Shown here in pieces: positions 1-9,384 of a DNA stretch of 64,000 nt. Origin of the DNA: Gammaproteobacteria bacterium (lineage in GTDB: Bacteria > Pseudomonadota > Gammaproteobacteria > Acidiferrobacterales > Sulfurifustaceae); assembly GCA_004298065.1 (NCBI GenBank), contig SCRL01000006.1, forward strand, positions 28,975 through 92,974, read 5' to 3'. Position 1 is the stretch's first letter. The number at the start of each line of letters is the position of its first letter. The position numbers and the translations under genes are program-made. The notes beneath the pieces were generated by a model. The model was not told the DNA's origin. It made no database searches and worked only from the letters and a program-made list of their open reading frames with translations.

Positions 1-1
1 G

Positions 2-865
2 CTGCGCAAGGCTGGTACTTATTATCCCGACCACCTGCCGACTATTCTCGGTTGCGACGGCGCCGGCGTGGTCGAGGCCGCCGGCAGCGCCGTCACACGC
101 TTTCGCGTCGACGACGAGGTGTATTTCTTCCACGGCGGCATCGGCGGCGAACCCGGCAACTACGCCCAGTACAACGTCGTGCACGAAGATCATCTTGCGC
201 GCATGCCGGAGAACCTGTCGTTCACCGAGGCCGCGGCGGTGCCGCTCGTGCTCCTTACCGCGTGGGAGGCGCTCTACGACCGCGCGCGCCTTCAATCTGG
301 CGAGCGCGTCTTGATCCACGCCGCGGCCGGCGGCGTCGGTCATGTCGCGGTGCAGTTGGCGAAACTCAAAGGCGCACGGGTGGCGGCGACCGTCAGCGGC
401 GGCGACAAATCGGCCTTCGTGAAGGCGCTCGGGGCCGACCGGGTCATCGATTACAAGTCAGAGGATTTCGTGCAGGCGGCGCTCGACTGGACCGGCGGCG
501 CCGGCGTGGATACGACCTTCGATACGGTCGGCGGCGAAACCTTCTGCCGCTCGTTCGCCGCGACCAAGGTTTACGGCAACGTGGTGACGCTGCTGCAAAC
601 GGCGTGCGACGACAAGACGATCAAGCTCGCACGCCTGCGCAACCAGGCAATCCACTACGAACTGATGCTCACGCCGATGCACTTGGGACTGGCCGACGCA
701 CGCCGGGCGCAAACGCGCATCCTCGAAGAAGGCGCACGCCTGATCGAACAGGGCAAGCTCCAGGTCCGCGTCAGCCAGGAGTTTCCGCTGGCGCAAGCCG
801 CCGAGGCGCATCGCCTGATTGAGGCCGGGCACAGCACCGGAAAAATCGTGCTGCGTATAGAATAA
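2..865 (+). CDS. MDR-family NADPH:quinone oxidoreductase / zinc-type alcohol dehydrogenase-like protein (5' end outside window)
   Basis: The frame is open from the window start ([25 protein letters not shown]...). It has the nucleotide-binding stretch [17 protein letters not shown] and a C-terminal GKIVL. The listed start at 68 is an internal GTG. Confidence 0.85.
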   Translation: MRKAGTYYPDHLPTILGCDGAGVVEAAGSAVTRFRVDDEVYFFHGGIGGEPGNYAQYNVVHEDHLARMPENLSFTEAAAVPLVLLTAWEALYDRARLQSGERVLIHAAAGGVGHVAVQLAKLKGARVAATVSGGDKSAFVKALGADRVIDYKSEDFVQAALDWTGGAGVDTTFDTVGGETFCRSFAATKVYGNVVTLLQTACDDKTIKLARLRNQAIHYELMLTPMHLGLADARRAQTRILEEGARLIEQGKLQVRVSQEFPLAQAAEAHRLIEAGHSTGKIVLRIE

Positions 866-890
866 GCGTCCCGAAACAATAACGCGCGCC

Positions 891-2174
891 ATGCCCTCCA
901 CCTCCTCGCAGCTGTTCCAGGAAGCGCGCCGGCACATCGCCGGCGGCGTCAACTCGGCCGTGCGCGCCTTCAAGGGCGTGGGCGGCGACCCGGTGTTCTT
1001 CACGCGCGGCGCGGGGGCCTACCTGTGGGATGCGGACGAGAAAAAATACATCGACTACGTCGGCTCCTGGGGCCCGGCGATCCTGGGCCACGCCCATCCG
1101 GCCGTGCTCAAGGCGGTGCAGGAAACCGCACGCAACGGCCTATCCTTCGGCGCGCCCACGGCCATCGAGACCGAGATGGCGCAGCTTATAAAGAAGCACC
1201 TGCCCTCCATCGAGAAGGTACGCATGGTGAGCTCGGGCACCGAGGCCACCATGAGCGCGATCCGGCTGGCGCGCGGCTTCACCGGGCGCGACAAGATCGT
1301 CAAGTTCGAGGGCTGCTACCACGGCTCGGGCGATTCGCTGCTGGTCAAGGCCGGCTCGTCGGCGCTCACGCTCGGCGTGCCATCGTCGCCCGGCGTGCCG
1401 GCGGCCCTGGCGAACCTCACGCTCACGCTCGAATACAACAACCTCGAACAGGCGCGCGAATGCTTCGCCAAGCTCGGACATGAAATTGCCTGCATCATCG
1501 TCGAACCGGTGGCCGGCAATATGAACTGCGTGCCGCCGGTGCCGGGTTTTCTCGAAGGCCTGCGCGCGCTGTGCACGCAGCACGGCGCGCTGCTGATCCT
1601 CGACGAGGTCATGACCGGTTTTCGCGTCGGCCTGAACGGCGCGCAGGGACTTTACGGCGTAAAGCCCGACCTCACGACCCTGGGCAAGGTCATCGGCGGC
1701 GGCATGCCGGTCGGCGCCTTCGGCGGGCGCGCCGAGATCATGGACCGGCTGACGCCCGACGGCCCGGTGTTCCACGCCGGCACGCTCTCGGGCAATCCCG
1801 TGGCCATGGCCGCGGGCCTGGCAACACTCAAGGAAATCGCCCAGCCCGGTTTCTTTGAGGCGCTTACGACGAAATCGCGCAAACTCATGGACGGGCTGAA
1901 ACAACGCGCACAGGCGGCGGGCGTGCCGCTCAGCACCCACGTCGTCGGCGGCATGTTCGGCTTCTTCTTCACCGCCGAGCCGAACGTGACGCGCTTCGCG
2001 CAAGTCACCGCCTGCGACATCGAGCGCTTCAGGAAATTCTTCCACGGCATGCTGCGCGAGGGCGTGTATCTCGCGCCGTCGGCGTACGAGGCCGGGTTCG
2101 TGTCATCGGCGCACACCGATGCCGATCTCGACGAAACGCTCGATAAAGCCGAAAAAGCGTTCAAAGCACTCTAG
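891..2174 (+). CDS. hemL: glutamate-1-semialdehyde 2,1-aminomutase
   Basis: 427 aa. The N-terminus [23 protein letters not shown], the class-III aminotransferase core and the [11 protein letters not shown] / TLGKVIGGG motifs are typical of HemL. Confidence 0.95.
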   Translation: MPSTSSQLFQEARRHIAGGVNSAVRAFKGVGGDPVFFTRGAGAYLWDADEKKYIDYVGSWGPAILGHAHPAVLKAVQETARNGLSFGAPTAIETEMAQLIKKHLPSIEKVRMVSSGTEATMSAIRLARGFTGRDKIVKFEGCYHGSGDSLLVKAGSSALTLGVPSSPGVPAALANLTLTLEYNNLEQARECFAKLGHEIACIIVEPVAGNMNCVPPVPGFLEGLRALCTQHGALLILDEVMTGFRVGLNGAQGLYGVKPDLTTLGKVIGGGMPVGAFGGRAEIMDRLTPDGPVFHAGTLSGNPVAMAAGLATLKEIAQPGFFEALTTKSRKLMDGLKQRAQAAGVPLSTHVVGGMFGFFFTAEPNVTRFAQVTACDIERFRKFFHGMLREGVYLAPSAYEAGFVSSAHTDADLDETLDKAEKAFKAL

Positions 2175-2183
2175 AAAAACATT

Positions 2184-2270
2184 TCACAGGATTTGCAAGA
2201 TTGATCAGGATTAACAGGATTAAGACAAATCTTCAGAAAAAATCCTGCAAAATCCTGTTAATCCTGTGAA
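2184..2270. repeat. Imperfect long inverted repeat built from three CAGGATT heptads per arm
   Basis: Left arm tcaCAGGATTtgcaagattgatCAGGATTaaCAGGATT. Right arm AATCCTGcaaAATCCTGttAATCCTGtga. It lies directly downstream of the hemL stop. Confidence 0.8.
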
Positions 2271-2290
2271 AACTTTTTAAGTCTTTCTCA

Positions 2291-2317
2291 AAAAAACGGG
2301 CCGGTTGCCCGGCCCGT
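2291..2317 (-). terminator. rho-independent terminator for the 2343..2579 gene
   Basis: The minus strand reads ACGGGCCGG-GCAA-CCGGCCCGT followed by TTTTTTT. Confidence 0.75.
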
Positions 2318-2342
2318 CACCCCACCCGCACAGCAATCACGA

Positions 2343-2579
2343 TCAGCTGACGAGTATGTTTTCTTCCGAGAAGCGCACGGTCGCCACCTGCGGCTGCACC
2401 GCGCTATCGCTCAGCGCGATGTCGACGCCGAGGATTGCGATCACGCTGTCGTGATCGCGCACGCCCGGCAATTCCTCGCGCAGGTAACCGTAGTGGGTCT
2501 CGTTCATGATCACCACGTTCGGGCGCGCACCGTGGTCGTGCTCGTAGCTCTTCACCAGGTTGACGATGTGGCTCAGCAT
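2343..2579 (-). CDS. small hypothetical protein (78 aa)
   Basis: Isolated ORF with protein-like composition, followed by a clean terminator. I recognise no family. Confidence 0.55.
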   Translation of the reverse strand: MLSHIVNLVKSYEHDHGARPNVVIMNETHYGYLREELPGVRDHDSVIAILGVDIALSDSAVQPQVATVRFSEENILVS

Positions 2580-2923
2580 GGTTTCCCCGACTCGTTACCG
2601 GCAGTTAGTCTTGGGAGATATGAAGCAACAGCCATGCCACCGCCAAATAGATCGTAACTCGCTGTATAAAAATAATATTTTGTTCAGGTCCTGGGCGGCC
2701 TCGTATGCCATTTCACGGCACACCGTAATCGCCGGGCGCGGGCCCTGACAAAAGCCGTCTATACTCGAAATCAAAGCGGATCCTCGACTTACGCAGGGAA
2801 GCGTATGCTGTTCATCATTTCACGATATTTTCCATTCGCACCGCAGCGCACCTGCGGTCGTGTCTCCCCTGCCGACCCTTGTCGCCGACGCCGTGTCGGC
2901 AAACCCGCGGGCGTGAATACTTC

Positions 2924-4582
2924 ATGTCGTTGACGCTGCGCCACAGGGCCATGCTTGGCATCCTGCTGATCGAGGCAGTGCTATTCGCATTGCTCATCTG
3001 GGTGGGCTCGGCCGAGTTCGGAACGCCGGTGACCGGGATCGTCGCCCCGCGCGATATCCTGGTCCAGGGGTTGCTCGTCGGTGGGGGCTTGTTGGTATTG
3101 ACCGCGTTATTCTTGCTGCTCCACGGCAATCACCTCGCGCGCGCGGTTGAGCGCCTGAAACAGGGCGCCGCAGCGCTGGCGGCGGGCCAGGTGGGACTCC
3201 AGGTTCCGGCCCCGGGACACGACGAACTGACCGAGGTCGCCCAGGCGTTCAACAGCATGTCGCGTCGGCTCGCGGAACTTGCCAGCGAACAGGAGCGCAC
3301 GCGTCGCCAGCTTGTGCAGCTTGCCGACCAGGACGCCCTGACCGGCCTTATGAACCGGCGCCGGTTTCACGACGAATTAGACCGGCGTGCCCAGCATGCG
3401 CTGCGCTACCAGCGTCCGCTCAGTCTGCTGTTCATCGACGTGGACCAGTTCAAGTACGTCAACGATACCCTCGGCCACGCCGCCGGTGATCGCTTTCTCT
3501 CCGGCATCGCCGCGCTGATCGTAGGTGATCTGCGCGAAACCGACCTGATGGGACGCATCGGCGGGGACGAATTCGCGGTGTTGCTGCCGGAAACCCCGAT
3601 CGAGGGCGCCCGCCTCATGGCCCAACGGTTGCTTCAGCATTTGCATGCAACCGATTTCGTCGTAGAAAACCGCCGGCTGCGCGGCTCGGTGAGCATCGGC
3701 ATCGCCGCCTGCCCGGAGCATGGCCATGACGTCGAGACGCTACTCACGCGCGCCGACATTGCCATGTACCGCGCCAAGCTGAACGGCCGCGACCGCTTTC
3801 ACGTCTTCAATGACGACGACCTGCGCATCGATCGCCAGATGCGCGACACCATCTACTGGGAAGAGCGTTTGAAGCGCGCGCTGCGGGAGGACCGCCTGAC
3901 ACTGCTGTACCAACCGATCCGGTCGCTGGCCGGCCCACGGCACGAGGCCTACGAAGTGCTGCTACGGCTGGTGGACGATAACAGCGAGCTGATCGCGCCC
4001 GGCGAATTTCTCGGCACCGCGGAGCGCTCCGGACTCATCGAGGAAGTGGATCTGCGCGTGGTGCGCCTCGCGTGCGAAATGCAGGCGCGCTGTCGGCGGG
4101 CGGGGCGCGAACTGCGGCTGTCCATCAATCTGTCAGGCTATCAGTTCAACAACCTGTCGGTGAGCGAGGCGATCCTGGCCGTCATCCGCGAAACCGGCGC
4201 AGATCCCGCATTGCTGACGTTCGAGATTACCGAAACCAGCGCCCTGCAGAACATTGCGCTCGCCGAGAAATTCATCCGCCGCCTGCGCGGACTTGGCTGC
4301 CGCTTCGCGCTCGACGATTTCGGCGCAGGCTTCACCTCCTTGAGCCACCTGCGCAATATTCCGCTGGACGCCATCAAGATCGACGGCTGCTTCGTGCAGC
4401 GCCTGGACCGCAGCCCGCGCGACCAGGCGCTGGTGGAGGCCGTGACCGGCATGGGCCACGCGCTCGGGCTCGAGGTCACCGCGGAATTCGTCGAGAACGA
4501 AGCGACGCTGAAATTGCTGGAACGAATGGGCGTGGACCACGCCCAGGGCTACCACATCGGCCGGCCAGCGGTCTTGAATTAA
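2924..4582 (+). CDS. membrane HAMP-GGDEF-EAL protein (diguanylate cyclase/phosphodiesterase)
   Basis: Two N-terminal hydrophobic segments, a HAMP-like linker, GGDEF (RIGGDEFAVLL) and EAL (EVLLRL, DDFGAGFTS). The ORF opens at 2879; the start at Met 2924 (MSLTLRHR) is preferred but not certain. Confidence 0.9.
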   Translation: MSLTLRHRAMLGILLIEAVLFALLIWVGSAEFGTPVTGIVAPRDILVQGLLVGGGLLVLTALFLLLHGNHLARAVERLKQGAAALAAGQVGLQVPAPGHDELTEVAQAFNSMSRRLAELASEQERTRRQLVQLADQDALTGLMNRRRFHDELDRRAQHALRYQRPLSLLFIDVDQFKYVNDTLGHAAGDRFLSGIAALIVGDLRETDLMGRIGGDEFAVLLPETPIEGARLMAQRLLQHLHATDFVVENRRLRGSVSIGIAACPEHGHDVETLLTRADIAMYRAKLNGRDRFHVFNDDDLRIDRQMRDTIYWEERLKRALREDRLTLLYQPIRSLAGPRHEAYEVLLRLVDDNSELIAPGEFLGTAERSGLIEEVDLRVVRLACEMQARCRRAGRELRLSINLSGYQFNNLSVSEAILAVIRETGADPALLTFEITETSALQNIALAEKFIRRLRGLGCRFALDDFGAGFTSLSHLRNIPLDAIKIDGCFVQRLDRSPRDQALVEAVTGMGHALGLEVTAEFVENEATLKLLERMGVDHAQGYHIGRPAVLN

Positions 4583-4586
4583 GGCC

Positions 4587-4628
4587 AAAACGCACAACGC
4601 CCCGCGATGGCGGGGCGTTGTGCGTTTT
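4587..4628. terminator. bidirectional hairpin terminator between convergent genes
   Basis: Perfect 19-bp stem AAAACGCACAACGCCCCGC / GCGGGGCGTTGTGCGTTTT with an A-run on one side and a T-run on the other. Confidence 0.8.
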
Positions 4629-4646
4629 GCAACCGGTACAACCCGT

Positions 4647-5273
4647 TCAGTGCAGACCGGCCATGTAGTCCGACACCGCCTTGATCTCCTGCTCCGACAT
4701 GCGGAACGCGATGCGCGTCATGATGTCGCCGTCGTTGCTGCGCGCGCCGGACTTGAACGCGAGCATCTGTTTCTCGGTGTAGGCCGGGCCCTGGCCCGAG
4801 ACGCGCGGGTAGCGTGGCGGGATGCCGTGACCCGACGGGCCGTGGCAGCTCATGCACGCCGACACGCCGCGGTTGGTGATGCCGCCGCGGTAGATGCGCT
4901 CGCCCTGCTTGGCGAGCTCGGCGCTCTTGGCCGCGCCCGCCTTGGCCTTGAGGCCGGCGTAGTAGGCGCCGATGTCCTTCGCGTCCTGCGCCGAAAGCGG
5001 CGCGGCCATGCCGGCCATGATCGGGTCCTTGCGCGCGCCGGATTTGAAGTCGACCAATTGCTTGGCGATGTAATCCGCGTCCTGACCGGCAAGTTTGGGC
5101 CAAGTCGGGTCGGCGCCGCCGTTGCCGTCCGCGCCGTGGCAGCCGGCGCAGGCCGCGGCCTTGGTCTGACCGCGGGCGGCATTGCCGGAAGCCGCCAACA
5201 CCGGCGAAGCCAGCGCCGCAGCGAGGAAACTCAGGCCGAGCACGCGCACGGCGATTGACCACGACTTTCTCAT
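4647..5273 (-). CDS. dihaem cytochrome c4
   Basis: Signal peptide, two CxxCH motifs (CAGCHG, CMSCHG) and two repeated cytochrome c domains. Confidence 0.9.
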   Translation of the reverse strand: MRKSWSIAVRVLGLSFLAAALASPVLAASGNAARGQTKAAACAGCHGADGNGGADPTWPKLAGQDADYIAKQLVDFKSGARKDPIMAGMAAPLSAQDAKDIGAYYAGLKAKAGAAKSAELAKQGERIYRGGITNRGVSACMSCHGPSGHGIPPRYPRVSGQGPAYTEKQMLAFKSGARSNDGDIMTRIAFRMSEQEIKAVSDYMAGLH

Positions 5274-5356
5274 CTTGCCCCCATGAGGATGCGCCGACGC
5301 CTATCGGCTCAATTAATTAGGGCCGCTTATATACCAAGCCCCCGGGCGGGGGTCAA

Positions 5357-5385
5357 TTTGATTGGTCAAGCTAACTAACTATGCT
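5357..5385 (+). promoter_or_regulatory. candidate sigma-70 promoter with no protein gene downstream
   Basis: TTGATT (5358-5363), a 16-nt spacer, then TATGCT (5380-5385). Confidence 0.4.
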
Positions 5386-5391
5386 GCACAA

Positions 5392-5607
5392 AGCGCAAAA
5401 AATGTGGGGGACACAAAATTGCCTGGAGCAGGAGCGGTACATGGATGTACCGATTGTGGAGCCGAGGGACGCAAAATTTGGACAGCGGAGCGGTGTGTTG
5501 CGAGAAGTGGCACAGGGACGTGCCGTTTACGGAGCTAAGGACGCACGCTGGCCCATCGCGGCTCCGCCGCGAGGGGTGACCTCCAGGGACGGAGGTCACA
5601 AAAAAAA
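5392..5607 (+). ncRNA. candidate Csr/Rsm-family (CsrA-sequestering) sRNA; 3' end uncertain
   Basis: More than a dozen GGA triplets, several of them in hairpin loops: GGUACA-UGGA-UGUACC (5436-5451), GGCAC-AGGGAC-GUGCC (5509-5524), GUGACCUCC-AGGGAC-GGAGGUCAC (5576-5599). No U-tract terminator on this strand. Confidence 0.4.
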
Positions 5608-5714
5608 CCCCGGAGACAAGGGGAGAGCGTCCGGGGCCGAACTGTCCCGGCTTGTGCCAGGACTCCCCGCTCAGGGAGGAGGAGCGGGGATAGACGAATA
5701 TCCAACCGTCAACA
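5600..5714 (-). ncRNA. candidate sRNA downstream of polA (Spot 42 / ErsA-like genomic position)
   Basis: It lies between an RpoE/AlgU-type promoter (5721-5748) and a strong terminator (hairpin 5608-5636 followed by U8 on the minus strand). An internal hairpin at 5665-5689 has the CU-rich loop UCCUCCUCCCUGA. Confidence 0.4.
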
Positions 5715-5720
5715 TCAAGT

Positions 5721-5748
5721 ATAGACCCGGCGTACAGGCCGCAAGTTC
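5721..5748 (-). promoter_or_regulatory. candidate extracytoplasmic-stress sigma (RpoE/AlgU-type) promoter
   Basis: The minus strand reads GAACTT, a 17-nt spacer, then TCTAT. Compare the consensus GAACTT-N16/17-TCnnA. Confidence 0.4.
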
Positions 5749-5799
5749 CGGCATTATGGATTTATAAGAAATTCCTGCAGGTTTCGTGGAGGTATTGCG

Positions 5800-8574
5800 T
5801 CAGTGGGCGTCGCCCCAGCTGTCGCCGACGCCGATATCCACTACGAGCGGCACGGCAAGCTGCGCGGCCTGCGCCATGCAGCGCAGGATCTCCGCTTTGG
5901 CGCGTTCGACGGCACCTGCCCGAACCTCGAACACCAGCTCGTCGTGCACCTGCATGATCATGCGCACATCCGGGTTCACCTCGCCGACCCAGCGGTCGGC
6001 GGCGAGCATGGCGCGCTTGATGATATCGGCGGCTGTGCCCTGCATCGGCGCGTTGATAGCGGCGCGTTCGGCCGCCTGACGGCGTGTCTGATTGGGAGCA
6101 TTGATCTCGGACAGATAGAGCCGGCGTCCGAACAGCGTCTCGACGTAGCCAAGCTTGCGCGCCGATTCGCGCGTGCGCTCCATGAATGCGCGCACGCCGG
6201 GATAGCGTGCGAAGTAGCGCTCGACGTATTGGGCGGCCGCGGTGCGGTCGATCTTGAGCTGGCGCGCGAGCCCGAACGCCGACATGCCGTAGATGAGACC
6301 GAAGTTGATGGCCTTGGCGGCGCGGCGCATGTCGTCGCTCACGAGCTCGGGTGCAACGCCGAATACTTCGGCCGCGGTCGCACGATGAATGTCGGCGCCT
6401 TCGGCGAACGCGCGGATCAGTCCCTCGTCGCCCGAGAGGTGCGCCATGATGCGCAGCTCCACCTGCGAGTAATCCGCCGCCACGATTTTGAAGCCCTTCT
6501 CCGGGACGAACGCCTGACGGATGCGCCGGCCTTCCTCGGTGCGAATCGGGATGTTCTGCAAATTGGGATCACTCGACGACAGCCGTCCGGTCGCCGCCAC
6601 TGCCTGATGATAAGAGGTATGCACGCGCCCGGTCTTCGGGTTGATCATCGCCGGCAGCTTGTCGGTGTAGGTGGACTTCAGTTTCGACAGCGTGCGGTGT
6701 TCGAGAATGACTCGCGGCAACGGATAGTCGAGCGCAAGTTCCTCCAGCACTTCTTCCGCCGTGGACGGCTGGCCGGTGGGCGTGCGCCGCAGCACCGGCA
6801 GGCCGAGCTTGCCGTACAGCACTTCCTGAATCTGCTTGGGCGAACCCAGATTGAACGCCTGGCCGCCGGCGGCGTGCGCCTGCTGCTCCAGTTCGAGTAC
6901 GCGCTTTTCAAGTTCACGACTCTGGGCGCGCAGCATGTCGGTGTCGATCTTCACGCCGTGGCGCTCCATGCGCGCCAGCACCGGTACCAGCGGCATCTCG
7001 ATGTCTTCGAACAGCTTCACCAGCGCCGGGGTTTCGTTCAGCCGCGGCCACAGATGCTCGTGCAGCCGCAGCGTCACATCTGCGTCCTCGGCGGCGTAGG
7101 TCGCGGCCCGGTCCACCGGCACTTCGCGGAAATTGATCTGGTTCTTGCCCTTACCGGCGACGTCTTCGTACGCGATGGTCTTGTAGCCGAGGTATTTGAG
7201 CGCGAGCGAATCCATGTCGTGGCGCGAGGCCTGCGAGTCGAGCACGTAGGATTCGAGCATGGTGTCGAAACCGAGGCCCTGCATGCGCACGCCGTGGTTG
7301 GCGAGCACGTTCAGGTCGTATTTGAGGTTCTGGCCGATCTTGCGCGGCTGTTCGGCTTCGAGCAGCGGCTTGAGCTTTTCGAGCACGGCCTCGCGGTCGA
7401 GCTGCGCCGGCGCGCCGGGGTAATCGTGCGCCAGCGGCACGTAAGCGCCGGCGCCGGCGCGGTCGGTGAACGATACGCCGACGATCTCGGCCTGCATGGC
7501 ATCCAACGATGTAGTCTCGGTGTCGAAGGCGAAGGCGTCGGTTTTTTTCAGGCGCGCGATCCAGTCGTCGAGCAGCTTCTCGTCGAGAATGGTTTCGTAC
7601 CGATGCTTGGCATCGGCCGCCGCTTCGGGTGAAGCCGACGGCGCCGCACGGTTCATGCCGCCCAGGGCCGCGAGCCAGCTCTTGAATTCGTAGCGCGCAA
7701 ACAACTCGCGCAGAGTGTTTTCATCGAGCGGCGTGCGCGCGAGTTCGGTGGGCTTCACGTCGAGCGCGACGTCGCAGCGGATGGTGGCGAGGTTGCGCGC
7801 CAGCGGCAGTTGCGCCAGCGAAGCGCGCAGGCTCTCGCCCGCCTTGCCCGGCACGTCGGCGGCGCGCGCCACGAGCGCGTCGAGCGAACTGTACTCCTGC
7901 AACCATTTGGTCGCGGTCTTGGGACCGACGCCGGGCACGCCGGGAATGTTGTCCGAGGTGTCGCCCACGAGCGCGAGCCAATCAACGATGCGTTCCGGCG
8001 GCACGCCGAATTTCTCGATCACGCCCGCGCGGTCGAGCACGGTGTCGGTCATGGTGTTGACCAGCTTCACGCCGCCGTCCACGAGCTGGGCCATGTCCTT
8101 GTCGCCGGTGGAGACGAGCGTGTCGAGGCCGGCGGCCGTCGCCTGCGTGGCGAGCGTGCCGATGACGTCGTCGGCCTCGACGCCCTCGATCTGCAGCAGC
8201 GGCAGGCCCATGGCGCGCACGATGGCGTGCAGCGGCTCGATCTGGCCCACGAGCGCGTCCGGCATCGGCGGGCGGTGCGCCTTGTACTCGGGAAAGATGT
8301 CGTCGCGGAAGGTCTTGCCCTTGGCGTCGAACACCACGGCGATGTACCGGGGGTCGTATTCGGTCAGCAGCTTGCGCAGCATGTTGACCACGCCGTAAAC
8401 CGCGCCGGTCGGCTCGCCGCGCGAGTTCATGAGCCCGGGCAGGGCGTGGAACGCGCGGTAGAGATAGGACGAGCCGTCCACCAGCACCAGCAGCGGGCGG
8501 GCGCTTGCGGGGGTGTCCGTGGCCGGCGCCGCTGCGCGCTTGCCCCGGGACGGGGTCGATGTTTTTCGGTTCAT
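5800..8574 (-). CDS. polA: DNA polymerase I
   Basis: 924 aa with a 5'-3' exonuclease N-terminus (LVDGSSYLYRAFHA), a 3'-5' exonuclease domain and a family A polymerase domain (DYSQVELRIMAH, QVHDELVFE). Confidence 0.97.
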   Translation of the reverse strand: MNRKTSTPSRGKRAAAPATDTPASARPLLVLVDGSSYLYRAFHALPGLMNSRGEPTGAVYGVVNMLRKLLTEYDPRYIAVVFDAKGKTFRDDIFPEYKAHRPPMPDALVGQIEPLHAIVRAMGLPLLQIEGVEADDVIGTLATQATAAGLDTLVSTGDKDMAQLVDGGVKLVNTMTDTVLDRAGVIEKFGVPPERIVDWLALVGDTSDNIPGVPGVGPKTATKWLQEYSSLDALVARAADVPGKAGESLRASLAQLPLARNLATIRCDVALDVKPTELARTPLDENTLRELFARYEFKSWLAALGGMNRAAPSASPEAAADAKHRYETILDEKLLDDWIARLKKTDAFAFDTETTSLDAMQAEIVGVSFTDRAGAGAYVPLAHDYPGAPAQLDREAVLEKLKPLLEAEQPRKIGQNLKYDLNVLANHGVRMQGLGFDTMLESYVLDSQASRHDMDSLALKYLGYKTIAYEDVAGKGKNQINFREVPVDRAATYAAEDADVTLRLHEHLWPRLNETPALVKLFEDIEMPLVPVLARMERHGVKIDTDMLRAQSRELEKRVLELEQQAHAAGGQAFNLGSPKQIQEVLYGKLGLPVLRRTPTGQPSTAEEVLEELALDYPLPRVILEHRTLSKLKSTYTDKLPAMINPKTGRVHTSYHQAVAATGRLSSSDPNLQNIPIRTEEGRRIRQAFVPEKGFKIVAADYSQVELRIMAHLSGDEGLIRAFAEGADIHRATAAEVFGVAPELVSDDMRRAAKAINFGLIYGMSAFGLARQLKIDRTAAAQYVERYFARYPGVRAFMERTRESARKLGYVETLFGRRLYLSEINAPNQTRRQAAERAAINAPMQGTAADIIKRAMLAADRWVGEVNPDVRMIMQVHDELVFEVRAGAVERAKAEILRCMAQAAQLAVPLVVDIGVGDSWGDAH

Positions 8575-8620
8575 GCTGGCTGATGTTTGCCGGGACCCGG
8601 CGATTCGCTATGCTTTGAAA

Positions 8621-9370
8621 ATGAAAGACCTGACTGCCGTTCCACCCGAAACCCCGATTCCCTCCCTGGACAGCCGCAGCGCCACCGTGCCCTCGGGCCA
8701 GATGTCGCGCGAGTCGTGGAAGATCTTCCAGATCATGTCCGAGTTCGTCGCCGGCTTCGAGCGCCTGGAGCACATCCAGCCCTCGGTCAGCATCTTCGGC
8801 TCGTCGCGCATCCAGCCCGGGCATCGCTATTATGCCCTGACCGAGGAGATCGGGCGCAAACTCTCGGACGCCGGTTTCACCGTCGTCAGCGGCGGCGGCC
8901 CCGGCCTGATGGAGGCGGCGAACAAGGGCGCGTTCGCCGGCAAGTCGCCCTCGGTCGGGCTCAATATCCGCCTGCCGCAGGAACAGCACGCCAATCACTA
9001 TCTCAACGTCGCCCTCACCTTCCAGCACTTCTTCGCGCGCAAGGTGATGTTCGTGAAGTACGCCAAGGCCTATGTGGTCATGCCCGGCGGCTTCGGCACG
9101 CTCGACGAGGTCATCGAGGCGCTGACCCTGATCCAGACCGGCAAGAGCACGCGCATGCCCATCATCCTGGTGCACCGGCCGTTCTGGTCGGGCATGATCG
9201 ACTGGTTCCGTAACACACTCATCAAGGAAGGGGTCATCGACGAGACCGACTTCGAGCTCTTTACCGTGGTCGATACCGCCGACGAGGTGCTCGAGGCTAT
9301 CTTCCGGTATTATGAACGCCGCGGCTTCGAGCCGTCGGAAGAAGAACGCGAAATCAAACTCAACCTCTGA
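8621..9370 (+). CDS. LOG-family (TIGR00730) Rossmann-fold nucleotide-binding protein
   Basis: GGGPGLMEAANKGA and PGGFGTLDE motifs. The start at Met 8621 (MKDLTAV) avoids overlap with the divergent polA; the ORF opens at 8513. Confidence 0.85.
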   Translation: MKDLTAVPPETPIPSLDSRSATVPSGQMSRESWKIFQIMSEFVAGFERLEHIQPSVSIFGSSRIQPGHRYYALTEEIGRKLSDAGFTVVSGGGPGLMEAANKGAFAGKSPSVGLNIRLPQEQHANHYLNVALTFQHFFARKVMFVKYAKAYVVMPGGFGTLDEVIEALTLIQTGKSTRMPIILVHRPFWSGMIDWFRNTLIKEGVIDETDFELFTVVDTADEVLEAIFRYYERRGFEPSEEEREIKLNL

Positions 9371-9384
9371 CCCCGGACGGAATC

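Noticed and set aside
5381-5767. 128-aa plus-strand ORF filling the cytochrome c4 / polA gap
   Set aside because: Its ATG lies inside the predicted -10 hexamer and has no Shine-Dalgarno. The composition is Gly/Arg-rich and low-complexity, and the ORF runs through three stable hairpins and a terminator. The region is better explained by non-coding RNAs.
5803-9175. Large antisense or alternative-frame ORFs within polA (609, 397, 257 and 227 aa)
   Set aside because: They are typical GC-rich shadow ORFs with low-complexity Arg/Ala/Gly-rich translations, and they are fully contained in a gene with an unambiguous DNA polymerase I translation.
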